64,000 bases of DNA from Azolla caroliniana (Eukaryota; Plantae; Polypodiophyta): assembly GCA_043228905.1 (NCBI GenBank), contig JBHGNT010000010.1, positions 21,266,001-21,330,000 on the forward strand. Direction: 5' to 3'. Shown piece by piece: positions 51,478-64,000 of the stretch (positions are counted from its first letter, which is position 1; every line of letters begins with the position of its first letter). The position numbers were made by a program, and so were the translations under genes. Under the pieces are notes generated by a model that was not told the origin of the DNA, did not search any database, and saw only the letters and a list, made by a program, of their open reading frames with translations.

Positions 51478-53131
51478 ATGGCAGATATCAAAGAATTGAA
51501 GGAATCCACTAAAGAAAGCGCGGAGGCAGAGGAAGCAGAAGCCAGCTTTGGATTCAACGATCCACGATATGCCGATCTACAGCTCCGGTTAATCGTCTCC
51601 TCCTCCTCCTCTTCTCCTCCTCCTGTCGGGATTAATGGCGTACATGATGTTTATTCTTCAGCCGTTATTCATGGCCTACATAACAACGATTCTTCGGGAA
51701 GTACGACCGCTAGGAAATCTGAATCCGGAGGTAATACCCTGTAAACGAAGCAACTCCCATGGCCTGTGCAATTTCTGTCTGCTGATATTGCTCTTCTAAG
51801 TACGGACTCCTATTTAGCAGATTCAGATCACGTCGGTGACGTTATCCTGCATTTGAGCTCTCTGGTTTTAGGTCAGAGTTCACTGTATTTCAGAGGCATT
51901 TTGGACGAGAGGAACCTGTCGGATAGATCGCCGGTGGTTATCTCCCTCGCGCCTCAAGGTTACATTACGGATCTCTTTGGCAATCACGAATAGAAGTTCA
52001 TGGAGTGTGCGAACTTCGTATTAACTACCTTTTTAAATTGATGATGCAGAAGTTGTGACATTTCTCGTCGTGATTAAGTCGCTGTACTGCGGTCAAGTGA
52101 AAGCTAATACTGTCGCCGAGTTAGTTTCCGTGTTTCAGATGGCAAATCGGTTTTTGGTGCATACATGTATGGACATATGTAGTAGAATGATGCAGAAATT
52201 AAGCATGACGTTCGAGATTAGTGTTCAAATTCTAGAATCCTGTAACATACAGCAGGAGTCTGACGAGGTGAAGGCGTTATTTTCTTTGGCCTCTTCATTT
52301 TTGTGCAATTACTTTCGGAGGACACACTCTTCTTGTTGGGATTCGGCCAAGAATGACCAATGGACAAAATTATCACCGTATGTGCTTGGCATCCTACTGA
52401 GCTCAGACTGTCTGCAAATCTCATTTGAAGAAAAGGCCTTTGAGATGCTGGACATGTGGGTGTCTGCGAATTATAAGAGTTGTAATGACGATAAACATGA
52501 GAGAAATCGCGTATGGTTTGAGTTTGGTAAACTCATTCGTTGGCCATTGATGGAATGGTTTTGTCTCCAAAGATACCTGAAGAAGTTTGATGGTACACAA
52601 GTGGACCACCCGTTGCGACCATTGATCATGGAAGCTCTGCTCTATCGTGCATGCCGAATTGAAATTGTAGGGAATGCCTCAGAAGAATCTAGAGATTGTG
52701 AAGCGTCCATGAGGCTGAGGAAGCGTTCCTATCATCCAGTGCCAGTAACTTTTATACGCATGAGTCTTCCTTATGATCATGGTATTACTTTCTTCAGCGT
52801 TTCAGCTAGTGAGTTGGATAAGCTGCCATCCGGAGAATGTCGTTACTCCGAAAGGTTCTGTATGGGTCCATACATAATGCAATGGAAAATAAAGCGACCG
52901 TACAATATGCATATTTTTTTAATGCTAGATTATGTCAGTTTCCCGTGTTCAGTAGAAGGGGATCAGGATAGACCTCGAGTGTCATTGTGTGTTCTGCTGC
53001 CAAATCATTCTAAAAAAGGTGAGCGTTTTGCTAACATGAGGAATGATGGATGGTTTGCTACCCCTGATTCGTGCCTGTCATATAATATATGTTCTTTCCG
53101 AGGTGTGCTCGAATGTCGAGCCAAGGCGTAG
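51478..53131 (+). CDS. BTB/POZ-BACK protein, POB1/LRB-like, paralog 5
   Basis: Exons 51478-51730, 51821-51958, 52050-53131 in frame; conserved motifs. Confidence 0.85.
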
Positions 53132-54452
53132 ATTTGAAGTTAATGCTTATGGGGTTGCACTTGGCCAACCTGGAACAGCGTAGTGAAAGATATGAATTTT
53201 GCTAGTATGGACGGGTGCCTCAGTAATTATTAAATTTGTAACGAGGGAGTTCTGAGCCCTGACGATTTGTTGACTCTGGGTCCTAGCTTCTTCTTCTTTT
53301 TTAACAACTAAGATTTTGTTGGTTGTGTAGAAAACATTGTACCTTTTGATCGTTAATATGTACGGAATGTTTTACAGTAATTTTGTAGTTGAAGACCTTG
53401 ACTTTTGAATCTTATTGATGATCATGTCCTGTTTACGGATTATTGATGTTTATTTTATTAAAGTTAAGTTGTTGGGTGTATGGGAAGATACTTAAAAATG
53501 AATCGGATCACCGAAATCTAAAATGAAATTACTACAAAAGTGGGAGGTAAGATAAGTATACTCACTAAGATAAGTATACTCGCTTTGACTGTGATGTGTC
53601 ACGTATGCTTCGCAAACCTAGATGCTTTCTCCATGAAATATAAGTGACGCTGTGATGTGATGTCCGAAACATTTATCTTTGTGAATGAGGCACTTCTAAG
53701 AAGTGTTCAAGATATGTTGGGAATGGGGCCCTCTTAAGCTTTGTGAAGCTAAGAAACATGCTCAAATTGTTGTTTGGATAAGATGTCCTAGACAGTGAGG
53801 CATTATATACATTGTGCTTTTTTTTTTGTTTCTATCACACTAGGCATCAGTTGGCTTATGGACGTTAGCTTGTGTTTTTGAGTATATGACTAACCAAAAA
53901 CCTGAGTTGTTTCAACGTTATTTATGACCCATTAGTACTAATGTTTATTATCTCATCTTGAAATGCAAATTATAACACTATCTATGATGTGCACATTAAA
54001 CATTCTTTAATTCGAAATTCTTTTACTTTTTTGCTAAAATATTGTTACTTGACTCTTACGTTTAATTGCAATTCGACAACATTCCTCGATGTAACTTAGC
54101 TCTAAGAGTATTGTATATGACTTGATATGACCACTAACCATGAGCATATCATATGTGACCCTCTTAATGACGGGAATTTTTAGTATTAGCCAAATGAATA
54201 ATATGAAAGAATATGTAGCTTGTTTGATGTGTTATATTTGACGTTCCAACAATTTCGGTATGTGAAGATTTCAATGTATGCAATTAAGAGCACTTCTGAA
54301 GAAACCAAATGCTGAAGAAACGCATCTAACAGACTTGGATCACCACAGGAAGTTTCCCAACACCCAAGTTGCCTAGTCCTTTAAATACAGTTTGATATGC
54401 TGATTTGATCACAATCTGGTTCGGGCAGTTCACATATATGAGGTATAGACGC

Positions 54453-62016
<7,564 letters not shown>

Positions 62017-63649
62017 GGCCGAATCAAAGTTGGAAGTTTTGAGAGAGAGAGAGAGTGTGTGTGTGTGGTGCTTAACAGGGAGAAGATTATCTTCTGTATG
62101 CATGTATCATGTATGTATATGTTTTGCTCTTCGAGCTTTGTTGCAATTTTGTGTAGAGCTAGTCATTTGACCATTACATTCTTTCTTTTCTGTATCACGA
62201 TGGAAATTTATAAATGTATATACTACTTTTACATAATGAAAACAATGGGAAATATATGGTTTTGAATGCCATTTCTTGGAAATTATATGATCTTTCCTTG
62301 TCGAAAGCTTTTATGGAAAAGTCATTACCTACTTTCAAGAAAAAAGAGATACATTGCAAGGTTATGAAAAAAGTGAGATAATATTTTATGTTTCTTCACT
62401 TTTTTTTGTCAACCATAATCAAACAAAAAAGAGAAAATTATCTACCTTGCAATGGAAGGTTCAATATGTATAGGAGTCAATCTCAATCAAATGTCAACAA
62501 TGGCACATCTCAAAGACATATATATAAATATATATCAACTTAGATTGCTCTTCCACTTGTGACACAATAGAACAAACTCATAAAATCAAGGTAACGTAAG
62601 TTTGATCATCACCGTAAACCCCATTCATTCCAATCTATCTTTCAATAAAACTACAGGCATGTTGTATAACTTCACCTTCATTTAAAACTTCTTAGAGAGA
62701 GAGAATGTATATCATTAAACATTGGGGTGCCCATTCCTAATATGATTAGTATCGTCGAAGTTATCATTGTGCTTTAACATGTAATACTTCTTAGAGAGAG
62801 AGAGAGAGAATGTATATTGTTGAACATTGGAATGTTATTAAACAACTAAAAATGAACAAATTACAATTTGAATCAGTGACATACGCCTTATGAGGTTCCT
62901 TTAACCATCAGACAACCCTTCAATTATGAGTTATGAACTTCCGAGAAAAGAAATCATCGTGAGAAATAAGATGACAAAAAATGTTTGTTGGCTAATTATT
63001 GTCCATTTTCTTCTTGTAACGAATAGTTGAAGTATTATCTAAATTGTATTATTCTCTATGAATTACCATTCGTCTTGTTTATGAATTGTAGCTTGCACAT
63101 TCATACACATTGCATGTGAATAGTCCTTTGCCATCAATACATTTAGTCTTTCTAAACCAAATTAATCATACTATCCACCCATTTACCTAGCAAGCTTTGG
63201 ATATGGTAAACTTTTCGAAGGATGTATGCAAACTTATGTGATACATCATGGATGGCCTAAAGCATGTATAAGGCGAATGGTTCTTTACTATTGGACTAAG
63301 TCCATTATTCCAAAATCTTGTTTATCTTTTTCTCCATCACCAATATTTATCTTTTGGGTCAAGAGTGTACATTGTGGTAATTATCAAATTGCACACCACC
63401 AAGACTAGGTTGTTCATATTATGCTTACGGATTATTTAGAGCTAGATTTTGCTTTCCAAATCTAAGGCCTTACATGAATCTTGTATGTGCAGGGTCTTAC
63501 AAGTTGTGAAATGTATTTATAGACATAATTTGTATTTCCAATGAAATGAGCAGTTAATCAACATAAAAAAACCATTACTAGTCATTTAAGTCATTAGTTG
63601 AGCATAACATCTCATAATGACATAATGATTTCCCAGTTATATTGCTCAG

Positions 63650-64000
63650 ATAAGGAACCATTTCTAGTCATAATTAAGTCTCTTTTACGGAGGCAGGTGA
63701 AATGTTTTTATGCTTATGAACGTAGAGTTGTCTAAGAAGGCGTCTACAGAATATTGTTACTCGGAGAGATTCTACACGGGACAATACAGAATGCAATGGA
63801 GGTTGAATTCCCGCCTAGTAATACAAGTACTTACTTGACAACAGGCTATTTTACTGTTCCAACAGTGGAAGAGGAGTGTAGGCCTGTTATGTCATTGCTT
63901 GCTTGGACGGCCGACTGTCTAAGAAGTATGGTTAGACTGAAACCAGAAGATATGGTTGGTTTGCTACCACAAATATTTAACAGAATAATGACGTGGACAA
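63650..64000 (+). pseudogene. Sixth BTB-family paralog relic (internally deleted exon 3)
   Basis: CAG acceptor then FLVIIKSL..QVK, joined directly to ELSKKASTEYCYSERFYTGQYRMQWRL, GYFTVPTVEEECRPVMSLLAW and TETRRYGWFAT in shifting frames. Confidence 0.8.

Overview
Land-plant nuclear DNA (spliceosomal introns, Ty1/copia and LINE relics, microsatellites); nothing prokaryotic and no CRISPR. Left to right: a decayed full-length copia element (293-5646) nested in a LINE endonuclease relic; LKR/SDH (+, 23 mapped exons 13234-21559, one GC-AG intron); eIF2B-alpha (-, 23223-28087); five tandem 3-exon BTB/POZ-BACK genes of the POB1/LRB type (31534-53131), interleaved with tRNA-Ile(AAT), a copia relic and a second copia element (45677-50750); an LRR receptor-like kinase (-, 54453-62016); and a sixth, pseudogenised BTB paralog at the window end. 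Most notable observations: (1) the BTB paralogs share a fixed framework around one unalignable 6-31 aa loop, suggesting a diversifying CUL3-adaptor array; (2) both housekeeping genes carry tandem copies of their own first exon/intron donor junction; (3) a foldback element built from two inverted tRNA-like arms; (4) an 18S rRNA fragment fused to a palindrome-bearing satellite in an intron; (5) a stop codon created across a splice junction that tandem acceptors could bypass. All calls were made by eye; no searches or alignments were run.
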